Assembly (NCBI GenBank): GCA_951406725.2
Contig: OX597817.1
Location: 52,576,001-52,640,000 of the forward strand
DNA length: 64,000 nt
DNA from: Octopus vulgaris
Lineage: Eukaryota
Direction: 5' to 3'
Shown here: positions 29,181-43,801 of the stretch, piece by piece
How the letters are laid out: each line of letters begins with the position of its first letter
Position numbering within the stretch: the stretch's first letter is position 1
The notes under the pieces: generated by a model
What the model was told of the DNA's origin: nothing
What the model saw: the letters and a program-made list of their open reading frames with translations, nothing else
The model's database searches: none
Translations under genes and position numbers: made by a program

Positions 29181-30249
29181 ATTGTTATTATCAAGGCGTC
29201 AAGATGGCAGAATTGTTAGTGGTATTTTGCCCGTCGCTACATTCTGAGTTCAAATTCTGCCGAGGTCAACTTTACCTTTCAGGGTTGATAAAATAAGTAC
29301 CAGTTGAATACTGAGGTTGATGTAATCAACTCATTCCCTCTGACCCCACCAAAACTGCTGCCCTTGTAACAAAATTTGAAACCATTATTTTTATTATTAT
29401 TTCCTCAATTATCCCTAGAGGTGTTCCTGTATCAAGAGTCCACATCTCTATCATCCTCCCCACTTATTTTATTTTCTAAACCTTTGTATACTGTGCATAT
29501 GTCCCTTCTTTTTCAGTGTGTACCGTGTATACTTACTTTTTTTCTTTTATCATTTCATTATTGTATGCAAACCCCCACATGATGTCTGTTTCTGTATTGT
29601 CCCCTCATTGTTTCACCCTTGTGGCAACTAAATGAAATCATCATCATTATTATTTTTATTAAAAGCACCCATTACACTCTCGGAGTGGTTGGCATTAGGA
29701 AGGGCATCCAGCCATAGGAAACAATGTCAAATCAGACTGGATCCTGGCACAGTCTTCCAGCGTGCCAGCCCACGCCAGCATGGACAACAGACGTTAAATG
29801 ATGATGATGATGATATCTGTGTTTAAGTCTGGCAAAATTGTTAGCATGCCAGGCAAGATGCTTAGCAGTATTTCATCTGCCTTTATGTTTTAAGTTCGAA
29901 TTCCACTGAAGTTAACTTTGTCTTTCATCCTTTTGGGGTCAATAAGATAAATACCAGTTGAGCACTGCAGTCATTGCAATTGACTAGCCCCCTTGCTCGA
30001 AATTTTAAGCTTTGTGCCTTTAGAGGAAAAAGGGTCATTATATCTGTGTTTGTTTTTGATATCAATATTGATAAAATTTGACCTTGTAAAAATATCCTGG
30101 ATCTGGATTAGCACCCACTTTTGTTCCTGCGCTTAATGTATGTTAGTGACAATATTTGAGGGGAGGGGTTTAGCGGATTAAATTAACCCCAGTACTTGGT
30201 TGATAGTTTATTTTGACAACCCCAGAATGATGAAATAGAAAGTTGGTCA

Positions 30250-30465
30250 AAGAGTGGACAAGGACCTGTTGTCAAGGGTCTCACAGTGCCTCTTTCCACA
30301 ATAATTAACACCCAAGTATCAGCCTCACAATCCTCACAGTTCTCAATAAAACAGTTTTCTGAGTCTGTTTTACCCTTATGTTGTTGATCCCAGTTTCTCC
30401 AAAAATTTCTCAAAACTGGTTGTTACTGCTCCAGGAGCCCCAACAACTACTGGGATGTTAGTATT
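30250..30465 (-). mobile_element. Dong/R4-like 3' end fragment
   Basis: IPVVVGAPGAVTTSFEKFLEKLG resembles the R4-clade C-terminus (compare IIVGSLGAV at ~19700). Confidence 0.55.
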
Positions 30466-31513
30466 CTTCTTCTTCTTCTCCCCCTCCCCCCTCGTTTTCT
30501 CTCTCTCCTCCTTTTTCTCTCCCCTCCTCCTCCTCTTCTCGTTTTCTTCTTCTTTTTCTTCATTATTATTATTATTACAATCATCACAATGGCAAAGTAT
30601 GTGTCTCAAATTATACCTTAGTGACTTACAAAAAAAAAAACAAAAATGTCAAAAAAAAATTATGTAGAAATAAAAAAAAAATAACATCATTGTAGATATT
30701 CCTAAAAAGAAAATAAATAGTCATAGCTGGAATGTCTTTGATCATAGGTTTACTGGGTCAGGGGCTGACCTGGGGTTAAACAAAACATATGATGGGAGAT
30801 AGGTATGTGTGTGCTGTTAGAATTCAGTCTTGTCCCGTTAACAATAAACTGATTCATAACGACTACAATTAATAAAGCAAACATCGTTGTTATTATTATT
30901 ATTATTATTCAGCAACAATCATCATCATCATCACCATTCTACTCCAGATATAAAAAAAAACATTATTATAGCCACAATAATCATCATCATTCCAGTGTCT
31001 ACCTGCCATATAAAAATATTTTTCTTCCCTGGACACACAGACAATTAAAGAAAATAATTTTACACAGAGAAATAAAATTACTAAGGAATCTGTCTACTGT
31101 TAACTTCCACCACCACCACAACTACTGCCTCCACCACTGCATCTGACTCCCCCACTGCTGTTGCAAAATGAGAAGCAGCAACACCACCATCACTATCATC
31201 ATAACACACACTACTACTTCCAATACTACAACAAAGTTCACCACTGCTAGTATTTCAGCTACCACCACAAGCAGGAAAACAACAGCCTCTGTCACCACCA
31301 TGACAACACCCCCTCCTACAAAAACTACAATTGTCAATTCTAGTTATGACCGACCACAATTTCCTTTTAATACTAATATTACCCCCCACCCCCACACCAC
31401 TATCTGTTACATATTTATGGATACTAAAACAAACATACACATACAGTAGCCATATTATAACATTCCACAGGGATGGGCTGGAACATAATAACCACCACCA
31501 CCACCACCATAAA

Positions 31514-32085
31514 TATTTCTTTATTGCCCACAAAGGGCTACACACAGAGGGGACAAACAAGGACAGACAAAGGGGTTAACTCAATTACATCGACACCAGT
31601 GCAAAACTGGTACTTTATTTATTGACCCCAAAAGGATGAAAGGCAATGTCAACCTCGGCGGAATTTGAACTCAGAATGTAACGGCAGAGGAAATACCTAT
31701 TTCTTTACTACCCACAAGGGGCTAAACACAGAGGGGACAAACAAGGACAGACAAACGGATTAAGTCGATTATATCAACCCCAGTGCGTAACTGGTACTTA
31801 ATTTATCTACCCCGAAAGGATGAAAGGCAAAGTCGACCTTGGCGGAATTTGAACTCAGAACGTAGCGGCAGACGAAATACCTATTTCTTTACTATGCACA
31901 GAGGGGACAAGGGGATTAAATTGATTATATCGACCCCAGTGCGTAACTGGTATTTATTTAATTGACCCCGAAAGGATGAACGGCAAAGTCGACCTCGGCG
32001 GAATTTGAACTCACAACATAATGGCAGCCGAAATACCGCTAAGCATTTCGCCCGGCGTGCTAACATGTCTGCCAACTCACCACCT
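31514..32085 (-). mobile_element. Head-to-tail trimer of SINE family A
   Basis: Three successive units joined at GAAATACC|TATTTCTTTA. Confidence 0.85.
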
Positions 32086-32689
32086 TCACCACCACCATTA
32101 TTACCATCAGTGTTCAATCGGATGTAGGTATTATTACTACTTATATAAAACAGGTTAAACTTTTTACCTGTCTACAGGTTTATTCAAACCTCCAGACACG
32201 TGAAACACTTCATAGTCACCATCAATCCCCCCCCCCTCCGTGACCCCTGACCACATCCAGAACCATTTCTTTCCAACAGTAAATGTTTCCTGTTGTTTAT
32301 TCTTTACTTATGCTAACATTATATGGAGGCACATGGCTCAGTGGTTAGGACATCAGGTTCACAATAATAAGGTAGTGAGTTCAAGGCGGCGAGCTGGCAA
32401 AAAACGTTAGCATGCCAGGCGAAATGCTTAGCGGTATTTCGCCTGCTGTTACGTTCTGAGTTCAAATTCTGCCGAGGTCGACTTTGGCTTTTATGCAGCT
32501 ACATAAAGCCATCTCAGACATTCAAATCTAGTGAAAATCATACAAGTACACACTCTCACACATAAACATATTTATACCGGCAATTCTATTTAATCAGATG
32601 GAAAGAATGTGCCCCATGAACCTTTTACAGGCTCTGTAAGGTTTTTGTGGGGTAGAAAAGTATCCTCAAGCTGAAAACCTAGATTGAAT

Positions 32690-33162
32690 GCTTCCAATGG
32701 ATTAGACCACATCAAAAGGAGTCAAGGGCTGGGTAGTAGTGTTAAAATCTTCAAAGCCACAGTCGAGCCAATTCTACTATGTGGCTCAGAAACCTGGACA
32801 TTATCAAAGAAGCTTGAGAGGCGGTTGGATGGAACTTACACTCGCCTCCTTATGAGAGCTCAAAATCCAACCAAAGTACAAATATATGGGAAATTACCAC
32901 CTGTATCATCTCTTGTGTAAGGTAGAAGAGTCCAGTTTGCTGGACATTGTTGTAGAGCTGAAAACGAGGTAATTTCTACTCTTCTCCTCTGGAAGCCATC
33001 TGCTCGCGATACCAGAGGGCACACACTCTCCTACCTTGATGTAATCTCCAGGGATACAGGCATCCAGCAATGGGACCTCTGTAGTGCTATGATGGACCGT
33101 GAAGTCTGGCGTAACATAGTAAATTCCACTGTCTCGACCACGGTCGAACAATGATGATGATG
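32690..33162 (+). mobile_element. RTE-clade LINE 3' fragment
   Basis: FKATVEPILLCGSETWTLSKKLERRLDGTYTRLL...RRVQFAGHC...MMDREVWRNIV, followed by a (TGA)n tail. Confidence 0.85.
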
Positions 33163-34337
33163 AGTGTTAAAGAGGGAGATGGCAATAGTCTACCACCCAA
33201 ATATGCTACAGCTGGATTTGAGCTCTGAATTCATATGGCTAGAGTAGTTCAGACAGGCATCATTTCCAATGCCATAATGATTGTACCAATCCACTATACG
33301 GGTACTCGATTCAGCCCCAGAAAAATAAGAGGAAAAGTTGATCTCAAGAGCTAAACTAAAAACCTCAAAACATTATAAAAAATGCAAATTTAATACATGA
33401 AACTCAGTTTAAATTTAGTAAATGGTTTCTGTTTTGACATTAAACAACCACAACCTATTCTATGTATAGACAATGTAGTGAAGTTAGAAAGAGGACCTGA
33501 AGTTAAAACAATGGCAAAACACCCAGCAAAATATAAAACAGCTGTAACTGAAACATGCAATGAAGCTTATGTAATTTACTAGTTAATACCTAACTATTAA
33601 TTAACTATTGAACTGTGGGACAAAAGAATTACAATTAGAACAGCACTGAGAGGCAGCTATCAGGAGAGAGAGAGAGAGAGAGGAAGGGAGGAAGACTGTG
33701 TGTGTGTGGAGGGGTAGGTACATGTGTGCAGCTAAATCTATAAACAAAAAAAACCTCAGCTTGCTACTGAGTGTCATCTCCAATGTTGCTGTGCACATTT
33801 TTTCTTCTTAGTTATCATATTCATACTAACACATATATACATCATTATCATTTAACGTCCGCTTTCCATGCTAGCATGGGTTGGACGATTTGACTGAGGT
33901 CTGGCAAACCAGACTCCAATCTGATCTGGCAGAGTTACTACAGTTGGATGCCGTTCCTAATGCCAATCACTCCGAGAGTGTAGTGGGTGCTTTTATGTGC
34001 CACTGGCACGAGGGCAAGTTTGGTGGTACTGGCAACGGCCACGCCCAAATGGTGCTTTTTACATGCCACCTGCACAGGAGTCAGTTCAGCGGCACTGGTG
34101 ACGAACTCGCTCGAATGTTTCACGTGCAACTAGCACAAGTGCTAGTAAGGTGACGCAGTAAAGATCATGCTCAAATGGTGTACTTAACGTGCCATCGGCA
34201 CGAAGGCCAGCTTGTTGCTCTGGCAACGATCTCACTCATATGGTACTCTTAGCACTCCACTAGCAATGGATGCCAGTCACCGAGTTTGATTTTGACACCC
34301 TTTCTTTCCACAGTTAATGTCTCTTGCCTGTCATAAA

Positions 34338-34722
34338 TCTCTCTCTATATATAAAGCTGAAGTTGTCTGTGTATGGCAGGTTTGGTAGCCTTCAACTAAC
34401 ACTATCTCCTCCGAGACCCTGTGGTGCAAGTTGACCAAAATTGAGAGTATGATGGAAGAAGGATTGCTCTTCCTTCCATAGGAGAAAAAATTCAAATTGG
34501 ACCATGTTAACACCAAAATTTATTTACATCAAAAAGGTGATTTTTTTCTAAGAATATACTTCTTTTTTTTACAATTTTTTGACTGCTGTGTCGTCATTTT
34601 TCGGTGTATTTCAACCAGAAAAATGTTCACTCAAAGCTACATAATGCAAAATTTTTACTTTTCAAAAATTCCAATTCTAAAGGGTCGAAACAAACCCGAG
34701 CAACACAGGGCGATACTGCTAG
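34338..34722 (+). mobile_element. Non-autonomous Helitron
   Basis: A|TC 5' end; 3' CCCGAGCAACACAGGG...CTAG|T; body shared with 50141-50509. Confidence 0.8.
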
Positions 34723-37700
34723 TGATTATAAACACTGTAAGAATATACAGGGTGTCTCAGAAGTCACGCATCACCCTGGTTTTTTTAAAAGAATACACCC
34801 TTATTGATTCCAAAAACACTTTATTGAAATAAATCGTAACAAATGCTCAAATTGGTTTACCTTTAGCCATTAAAATCAGAGGGTTTATAAGCATCAAGTT
34901 TGTGGAGAGGTAAGACAGGTGCACATTTGTGATGAAACTGAGCAGAATTAAAATCTGCATATACAGCTGTTCCATCTTTTCTGAACATAAACACACACTC
35001 ACACACATAATTTGGCTTCCACACACAGCTTTCAACATACACTGAGAATGTTTAAGTGACACACATTGTGTCATTACCACTAAAAACAACTACTGACTAT
35101 GTCCGGCAAATAAAATCTGTGAATATTATTTTTGTTTTCTTTCCGATGTCATTACATTGTCTCATCTTGTTTTCGACCATCTACAATTAGCGACCCTGAT
35201 GCAGACCAAGAACTGCTGTTTCTACATCAAGTAACTTCTTGTCCATATGCTACAATTGGTAACTCCGACACAAGGGTTACACTTGTCTGTCACATATATG
35301 TATGTGTCTGTGTCGAACTGATAAACTAAATACAATTTAAGACCAAAATTTTCAATTTTATTTTGATTAAAATACCAGTGTCTTCAGAGCAAAACTTTTG
35401 AATGCTGTTTGCCTGCTTTACTGCCTCTGACTATCACTCACTCCCATTTCTTTGTTTTGACTGAGGTATGGTGAACCAGATGGCTGCACCAGACTTCAAT
35501 CTTGATTTGGCAGAGTTTCTACAGCTGGATGCCCTTCCTAACGCCAACCACTCCGAGAGTGTAGTGGGTGCTTTTACGTGCTACCAGTACGAGAGCCAGT
35601 CAGACGGTACTGGCAACAACCCTGCTCAAATGCTTTTTCATGTGCCACCAGCACAAGTGTCAGTAAGGCGACACAAGTAACGATCACGCTCGAACGGTGC
35701 TTTTTACATGCCACCGGCATGGAGGCCAGTTGGTTGCTCTGGCAGTGATCATGCTGTCATGATGTCATTGATAGCATGGATGCCCAAAAAGGTATTTTCC
35801 CCAGATTTTAATTCCCAAAAGACATTTACAGTTATTTTTTTATAAAATCTAGTATATTCCAATAACTTAATTATCTGTTATATCAAAAACTTCTTAATAT
35901 GTTCTAGGCGGTTAGGAAGCAAATATAACAAGACAAGCATTTGCATACTCAGACATACATGAAACAAATTTTTCAGCTTATCGAAATTTAATATTACTCT
36001 TTACTCTCTTTTACTTGTTTCAGTCATTTGACTGTGGCCATGCTAGAGCACCGCCTTGAGTCGAGCAAATCGACCCCGGGACTTATTCTTTGTAAGCCTA
36101 GTACTTATTCTATCGGTCTCCTTTTGCTGAACCGCCAAGTTATGGGGATGTAAACATACTAACATCAGTTGTCAACCAATGGTGGGCGGGGGGACAAACA
36201 CAAACACACATATATACATATGTATGTATGTACGTATATGATTGTGTGTCTGTGTTTGTCCCCCCACCATTGGTTGACAACCGATGTTAGTATGTTTACA
36301 TCCCATAACTTGTCAAACCGTCGAACCCATATGATGGGCTTCTTTCAGTTTCTGTCAATCAAATCCACTCACAAGGCTTTGGTTGGCCTGAGGCTATAGC
36401 AGAAGACACTTGCCCAAGGTGCCACGCAGTGGGACTGAACCCAGAACCATGTAGTTAGGAAGCAAGCTACTTACCACACAGCTACAACTAGTTTTGCATA
36501 TCTACTGAGGAGCAAATTTAAGACTGAACAGAAATATTTTTAAACCAGGCGAAGGTGCAGTTACAGAGAATTTGTACGTCACCAAAAAAAACGCCTGTAT
36601 CTGGTGGAATTTAAACAATGTTTTCTCTACTGATATTATCTTAGTTTCAGTTTAAAGAAAAATTTAAAACTTCTCTGGAGTCAGAAGTAGGATAAAATGC
36701 AGCATGTCACGGTGCTTGGTGACAGGAAAGGTGTTCAGTTACAGAGGAGAAATACCAAAATAATGACATCAATGACAGAATTTTCTGACATGGTATCTCT
36801 GTTGCCTGAAAAGCCTATGTATTTCAGTTTTAGATTAGCATTACAGGATATAAGCTCTATTTTGTAAGCAGTGACAAAACAGAAGCATGTAAAATTGCTT
36901 TGACTTGCAAGTTACTAAAATAACCAATATTCAGGTAATATATGTGACTGATCTTCAGATGCTAAAGAAGTGTAACAAAAGTGAAATCATCATCACCATC
37001 AACATCGTTTAACGTCCGCTTTCCATGCTAGCATGAGTTGGATGGTTTGACTGAGGGCTGGCGAACCAGATGGCTGCACCAGGCTTCAATCTTGATCTGG
37101 CAGAGTTTCTACAGCTGGATGCCCTTCCTAACGCCAACCACTCTGAGAGTGTAGTGGGTGCTTTTTACGTGCCACCTGCACAGGGGCCAGTCAGGCGGTA
37201 CTGGCAATGACCTCGCTCGAATATTTTTACCCATGTCAATGGCACAGGTTCCAGTAAGGTGATGCTGTTAACGATCCCACTTGAATGGTGCCTTTTACAT
37301 GCCACCGGTACAGAAGCCAGTTAGCCGCTCTGGCAACGATCACACTTGGATGGTGCTCTTAGCACCCTACTAGCACGGGGTACAAGTGCCAGTAAGGCAA
37401 AGCTGGTAACGACCACACACGAATGGTGCCTTTTATGTGCCACTCGATCACACTCATATGGTGCTCTATGCACCCTGCTAGCATGGATGCCAGTCATCGA
37501 AATTCATTTTGATTTCACTTGCTTCAACAGGTCTTTGCAAGCAGAGTTTAGTGTCCAAAGAAGGAAAAGGTATGCACAAGTGGGCTGGTTACGCCCCTGG
37601 CATAGGCCATGAGGTTATGGTCTAATTTGGCTTGCTGGGTCTTCTCAAGCAATAAAAGAAATAAAGAAATTAATTTTGTTGGTAGCGGGAACATTATAAT

Positions 37701-38384
37701 TACGTGTTGACTTTGGATGTTCAAGTGTTTGCAGATTATAATAGAAGTGCTAACAATAATGCACCTGTTTTCAATTCCATGACCATCACCCCAGAGTGAG
37801 CTCAACATTGCATGGAATAAAACATCAATAACACTTGAAGAAGTCGTAAAAAAACTATAAAGAACATTGAAGATTTTTATGGCCTAATATTTATAGAATA
37901 TCACACCAAAGTTTGAGATGGAATCTAGTGACACTTGAGTAATGAACACAGACTTGGTATGTGGAAGGTATGTATATATATATATATACACATTCACGTA
38001 GGTATGTAGCTTAGTGGTTAGAGGTATTCCGCTCACAATCCTAAGATCATGAGTTCAATTCACGGAGGCACGGTGTGTCCTTCAGCAAGACACTTCATTT
38101 CCCTTTGCTCCAACCCACTCAACTGGAAAAAGATGAGTTGTACCTGTAATTTCATAGGGGCCAACCTTGTCACACTGTGTCATGTTGAATCTCCCTAAGA
38201 ACTACATGAAGGTTATGCGTGTCTGTGGAGTACTCAGCCACTTCCATGTTAATTTAATGAGCAGGCTGTTCCATTGGTTGGATCAACTGGAAACTTCATC
38301 ATCATAACCAACGGAGTGCCAGTTTTGACACACATGCACACAAAGGTTTTGTTTATAATTGTCTGACTATGGTGTTTTACTGTG

Positions 38385-38720
38385 AAGTCACATGGCTCAG
38401 TGGTTAGAGCATTGAGCTTACAATCGTGAGGTTGTGAGTTCGAATCCAGGACCGGGCTGCGTGTTGTGTTCATGAGCAAGACGCTTTATTTCACATTGCT
38501 CCAATTCACTCAGCTGTAGAAATGAGTTGCAATGTCACGGGTGCCAAGCTGTATTGGCCCCTTTGCATTTCCCTTGGATAACACTGCTGGCGTGGAGAGG
38601 GGAGGGCAGTATGTATGGGCGACTGCTGGTTTTCCATAAACAATCTTGCCTGGACTTGTGTCTGGTGGGGGTAACTTTCTAGGTGCAATCCCACAGTCAG
38701 TCATGACTGAAGGGGGTCTC
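38385..38720 (+). mobile_element. tRNA-derived SINE family 'E' (related copies ~720, 38000, 39080-, 53610)
   Basis: TGGCTCAGTGGTTAGAGC A box, GAGTTCGAATCC B box, GAGCAAGAC.CTTTATTTCAC..GCTCCA.TTCACTCAGCTG body. Confidence 0.75.
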
Positions 38721-39857
38721 AGCTCAGGTGGTTTACTGTTGGTTTTTTTGGTTGCTTGTGCAGCAGATTGAAAAGAAAGAAAATACATATATAAGAATTA
38801 CTTGTGTGTATCTCAGGATTTAAGATACTTAACCCATATCACATCACATCCTTTCATCTTAAAAGATTAGATAATGTAATTCAAGATACACTGTACTTAA
38901 AGAAAAGAGTGGATGACCAAGGCTAACTTAAGGATTAACCCATTAAGTCCCAGAGTACATAAATTTCTGAATATTACTTTTAAATTTTTACAGATGATTG
39001 AAAGTAGGTTAAAATGAAAAAAAGTAATTATTAAAACTCCTTTACTTCAAGTAGAAATGGAAATACTCAGTACTCCATCAGTTAAGATGATGAAGTTGTT
39101 CTGATCAACAGAACAGCCTGCTGATGAAATTAACATAAAAGGGGCTGAGTGGTCCCCAGACATGCAAACACAATGTAGTTCACTGGCAGATTCATCATGA
39201 CACACTATGTAAGAAGGCTGGTCCTTTGAAATACAAGTACGTTTCTTTTTTGCCAGCTGAGTGGACTGGAGCAATGTGAAATAAAGTGTCTTGATCAAGG
39301 ACATAGCACACTGCTATGCATTGAACTCATGACCATGTGATTCATCATCATCATTGTTTAATGTCCGCTTTCCATGCTAGCATGGGTTAGACGATTTTGA
39401 CTGAGGGCTGGCAAACCAAATGGCTGCACCAATTGTGAGCTGAATATCCAAACCACTTAGCCATGCACTTGTATGCTTTGAAAAGTATCTATAATGGTTG
39501 GCATGAGGAAATTATGAGAGAATGTGTTATGAGAAAGAGTGAGTTGTCACGTGGGTGATAAAGTGTGCATGAAAATATGTTATCATGAATATGTTTGTGT
39601 GTGTGTAAGAAAGCATGTTATGTGTATGAGAAAGCATGTTGATGTGCATTTAAGAAAAATAGTTTATGTGTGTGTGTGTGTGTGTGTGAAAGAACATGTT
39701 ATGCATGTGTGAGAGAGAGCGTTATACACATAACTAAACCATGAAAGCAAGCAATCCAGAGAGGAATCCAGTTAAAAGCTTCAAGATCAAAATATTTACA
39801 AACATTCTGATTCTGTACAGTTTGATGGGAAAGGAAATTGGATAGTCAGGCTAAAGT

Positions 39858-41310
39858 CCACATTGGTTAAGGAAGTTGGTCAAGCGATAGTTATGTAAGA
39901 CAGAGACCAAATAAGCCAGTGATGAGTTTGTGTCAATTAATATAATTGATAAATATATATTTTGTGTGCCATGGAGTGCAGAGAGTTCAGACATTTTGAG
40001 CAGGGGAGGGTCAACTCTGGATCAATCAAAAGTTTTCCCTCTATGATCACACATTTTTTTAGGGATATCAAGAACTATATAAAGTCCTTGATATGGGTCC
40101 TTACCCATAACAAGATTAGCAGGAATTGGGGGATAAAGAACAGTCAGCAGTGAAGCATACCTGGTTAGGTGAAATAAGATTAGGTCCTGGCTGGTAGATC
40201 TCATAGACCTAGAGAGAGAGAGAGAAGTAGGAGGGGAAATAGAGAAATAGAGAGAGGTGGAGGAGAAAGAGAGAGAAAATATACAGGAAACTAAAAATAA
40301 AAAAAAACAAACAAAAATGAAAACAAAAATCAAAAATAAAGAAATTGTGAAAAAAAAGCAAAAAAAAGTTAAGGATCCAGCAAGCAAAATGGACATGTAA
40401 TTTATCTCTCTCTCACTCTTGAAATGATTTGAAGAGGAGTATTTAACTCATAATATTAAGACTAATCAGATATTTCCAACGTGACATCTCGAAATCTTAG
40501 TTTTTTTTTTTTTTGTTTTGATGTCCAGTCACTATAACTTTCACCTTCTGTAACACATTGGTTCTGTACATGTAAATAAAATACTTCAGGCCATCTACAA
40601 TGTTTTTCTAAAAACAGAAAAATACATTATAAAAGAAAGGAAAATAGGGAGACAAATTGATGAAGGAAGAGGGGATGAGGAAATGATTATGAAATAAGAG
40701 AAGATGAATGAAGAATGACGATGAAAAGTAAATGATTATAAAAGAAAAATATGAAACTAGGGACAAAATACAAGAAAAACATATTCAATAACATTTTTGT
40801 TTAACTTTTCGCTCGCAAAAAAGTGGTAAATAGTTACAAGGATAAATATTGGTCAAAAGAGAACAAATTGAGAAAAATAAAACAAAGAATGTATATGAGA
40901 GAGTGGTGTTGAAATTAAGGCAAAAGTTTACTGACCACAAAAGTCATGGGAGTGACTAAGCAGTATTATAACTCTGCAAGAGAGAGTGATGGAAAAGTTA
41001 AAACTGGTGATCACATAGGTCACTGAAAAAGGTCAAACAGTGCTGTAAAGAAAGAGTAGTGATGAAGACTGGTTTACTGCCCACAATGGTTAAGGAAGAT
41101 GGTCAAGCAATAGTTGTGTAAGATAGAATCCAAATAAGCCAGTAATGAGTTTGTGTCAATTAATATAATTGATAAATATATAATTTGTGTGCCATGAAGT
41201 GCGGAGAGTTCAGACATTTTGAGCAGGGGAGGAGGGTCAACTCTGGATCAATCAAAAGTTTTCCCTCTATGATCACACATTTTTTTAAAGGATATCAAGA
41301 ACTATATAAA
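39858..41310. repeat. Dispersed direct duplication (~225 bp; 39858-40083 and 41081-41310)
   Basis: GGTTAAGGAAG.TGGTCAAGC...GGATATCAAGAACTATATAAA occurs twice with few differences. Confidence 0.9.
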
Positions 41311-41753
41311 CTAATGTGCTTTTTCTTGGTAGGTTTGATTTGGATACCAATTCTAATAGATTAAGCAACTACATAGAGGCCCCCTAAGCTAGCCCTGTAA
41401 AAGAGAAAAGTGTTGGTAGTCTGTGACGAAATCAATAAGGGTGTTTAGTTTAGAAACAGTAACTGAAATGGAAGGTTATTACTGAAGCTGATGTCTACAG
41501 ATCTCCACATTCCTCACACAAAATTCTCATTTGGAAACAGCTCTAAAAAGGCTGTTTCCAAAACATCAACACCTACCTCTCTGCCCAAAACAAGTTTATT
41601 TTATTTTACAAATTTTATAGGTACATAGCTGTATCCTGGTCTGATAAATATATTCCATTTCCTATTCAACAGCTGAACAATCACTCTCCAAGTCAGCATA
41701 GAGATTTTAGAAGAATTCCATTATCTCTCGTGGGTTGACTGTCCCTGAAGAGC

Positions 41754-42062
41754 AGGAGTTCTCAACCATTTTTACTACTCTATTTTGGTGGACACTCGTA
41801 GTCATTCAATGTTTAAAAACTAGTTTTATAAACACTTTTTCCAAAATTCTTATTTTGTTTTTCACTCATTAACTTGCAAAGGTGGAATTATGTAAAACAT
41901 TAGAGGAAGAAACCTAGCTGTTTCTTTCAAAAATGCATCCAAACCAGAATTTTTCACGGACCCTTAAAATAGAACTGTATTTTCCTATTTTGCTCATACG
42001 AACCCCCATAAGTCTTACATGTCTTAACAGGGATCATATGGACCCCAGCTGAGAATCAGTGT
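41754..42062. mobile_element. hAT-like MITE family (relatives ~18671-18927, 49695-50117, 56396-, 61611-62465)
   Basis: CAG..GTTCTCAACC ... GGACCC...TGAGAA(C/T)CA.TG termini shared across copies. Confidence 0.65.
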
Positions 42063-42327
42063 TGTAGAGGCTCTCTCAGCTCATATAGAATTTTGTACCT
42101 CAGAATATAAAAGCCATTAGATTTTTAACAGGTCACATTTGATCTCATCAAAATATACATTTTTCAAAGTTTACATAATCTTTTCTATTTAAGGCACAAA
42201 GGCTGAAATTTTGGGGGGAGTTAGTCGATTACATTGACCCCAGTATTTCACTGGTACTTAATTTATCAATCCTGAAAGGATGACAGGCAGTTGACCTTGG
42301 CGGACTAGTAATAATAATAATAATAAT

Positions 42328-42791
42328 TGGTATGAAAGATGGGTTACAGCAAATATTCTGCTCAATACCACAGATTTGCTTGTCAGTTGTTTGACCTTAA
42401 CCAGTTGAGTATGTCCCTTAGTGGCTGACAATATGTCCATCTCTGATCACGAGCAGAAGTAGTGGGGGAGCAACATAGCCATGTGTTGAGAGGGATTCTT
42501 TGGGATTTGAATAATTCACCTCTGGAAACATGGGTGTTTATTCAACATCCTTAAACAACCCTTATTCAGGAACCTTTTGAGCAGGATGGGCTACTCGACC
42601 AGAAGAAAATTCTAACTGGGCCCCACCTGCAAGGTCATGTGCTGTTTATCTTGATACGAGATCACCATGTTGCGCACATATGGTTGTGATGCATGTGCCT
42701 AGTGTACCCTTATCAGACGGGTAGTCATGATGGGTATACTGGGATATTTTACCCCAGTGTCACTTTGATGGCATGCACTGCTCTCTCACTC
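42328..42791. mobile_element. Non-coding interspersed element inserted in (TAA)n
   Basis: Bounded on both sides by (TAA)n; no ORF homology recognised. Confidence 0.5.
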
Positions 42792-43801
42792 AATAATAAT
42801 AATAATTATGATTTCAAATTTTGGCACAAGGCCAGCAATTTCGGGGTAGGGAGTAAGTCAATTACTTTGCACTTGGTGATAAACTGGTACTTACTTTATC
42901 GACCCTGAGAGGACAAAAGGCAAAGTCGACCTCAGTGGAATTTGAACTCAGAACATGCAAATGGATGAAACACCACTAAGCATTTTGCCCAGTCTGCTAA
43001 TGGTTCTGCTAACTTGAGCACCGACAGAAGTATTACTTTTAATCACTTATGGAATCGACTGAAATAACTGTATTGTTGGCTGATGCTACTTAAGTCAGAC
43101 ATTAGGTGGAGAAGGCATGATTATTATATTAAATACGGCCTGGGACAATGCTATAAAAAAAAAAAGGTTCATTGCAGGAGAAGAGGGATAACAAAATTCT
43201 ACATGTGTCACAAATATATCAAGGTCTTAAATGTGGTGTATGTGGGTGATATATGTTTATACACACACTGTGCACTTTTGGAAATGGGCCTACCTTATCT
43301 GGAGAAATTTTGCCAGGGGGTAGGTTTATATCCTGTAGTTGTACAAAAGTCAAAGTTAACAAATAATAACTGCAACATGATTCAGTTATGAAAAGGTTAT
43401 AATAAATAAATTTCATTAAAGAAATACAAATAAAATCAACAAGGTGGTGGTGGTGGGGTATCCTCTATGCTTAATTGAATGTCTCCCAAATTTCTCCCAA
43501 ATCATACCAAACCATCTTAAAAAATGTGGCATTGGACACATTGGATGATGTAGTCTTAGATACACAATGGCTGAAATTGAAGATGGAATGGTCTTGGCTA
43601 AAATGGCTTTCATCATAGATCTACTGGATTAGAGCAACCTGAGGCTAAAGAACAACAACAACAACAATAGTAACAAAAACATTTCAGAGATCAGGCCGCT
43701 GAGGATCAATATGCTAGAAATAGCAACCAAATTACCTTCAAATAATGCCCCAACATCTTAAAAGAAAAAAAGAGACATAGGATAATGCAGCTATGGGATA
43801 A

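Noticed and set aside
31122-31560. Thr-rich mucin-like ORFs
   Set aside because: Degenerate (ACC/ACT/AAC)n repeats.
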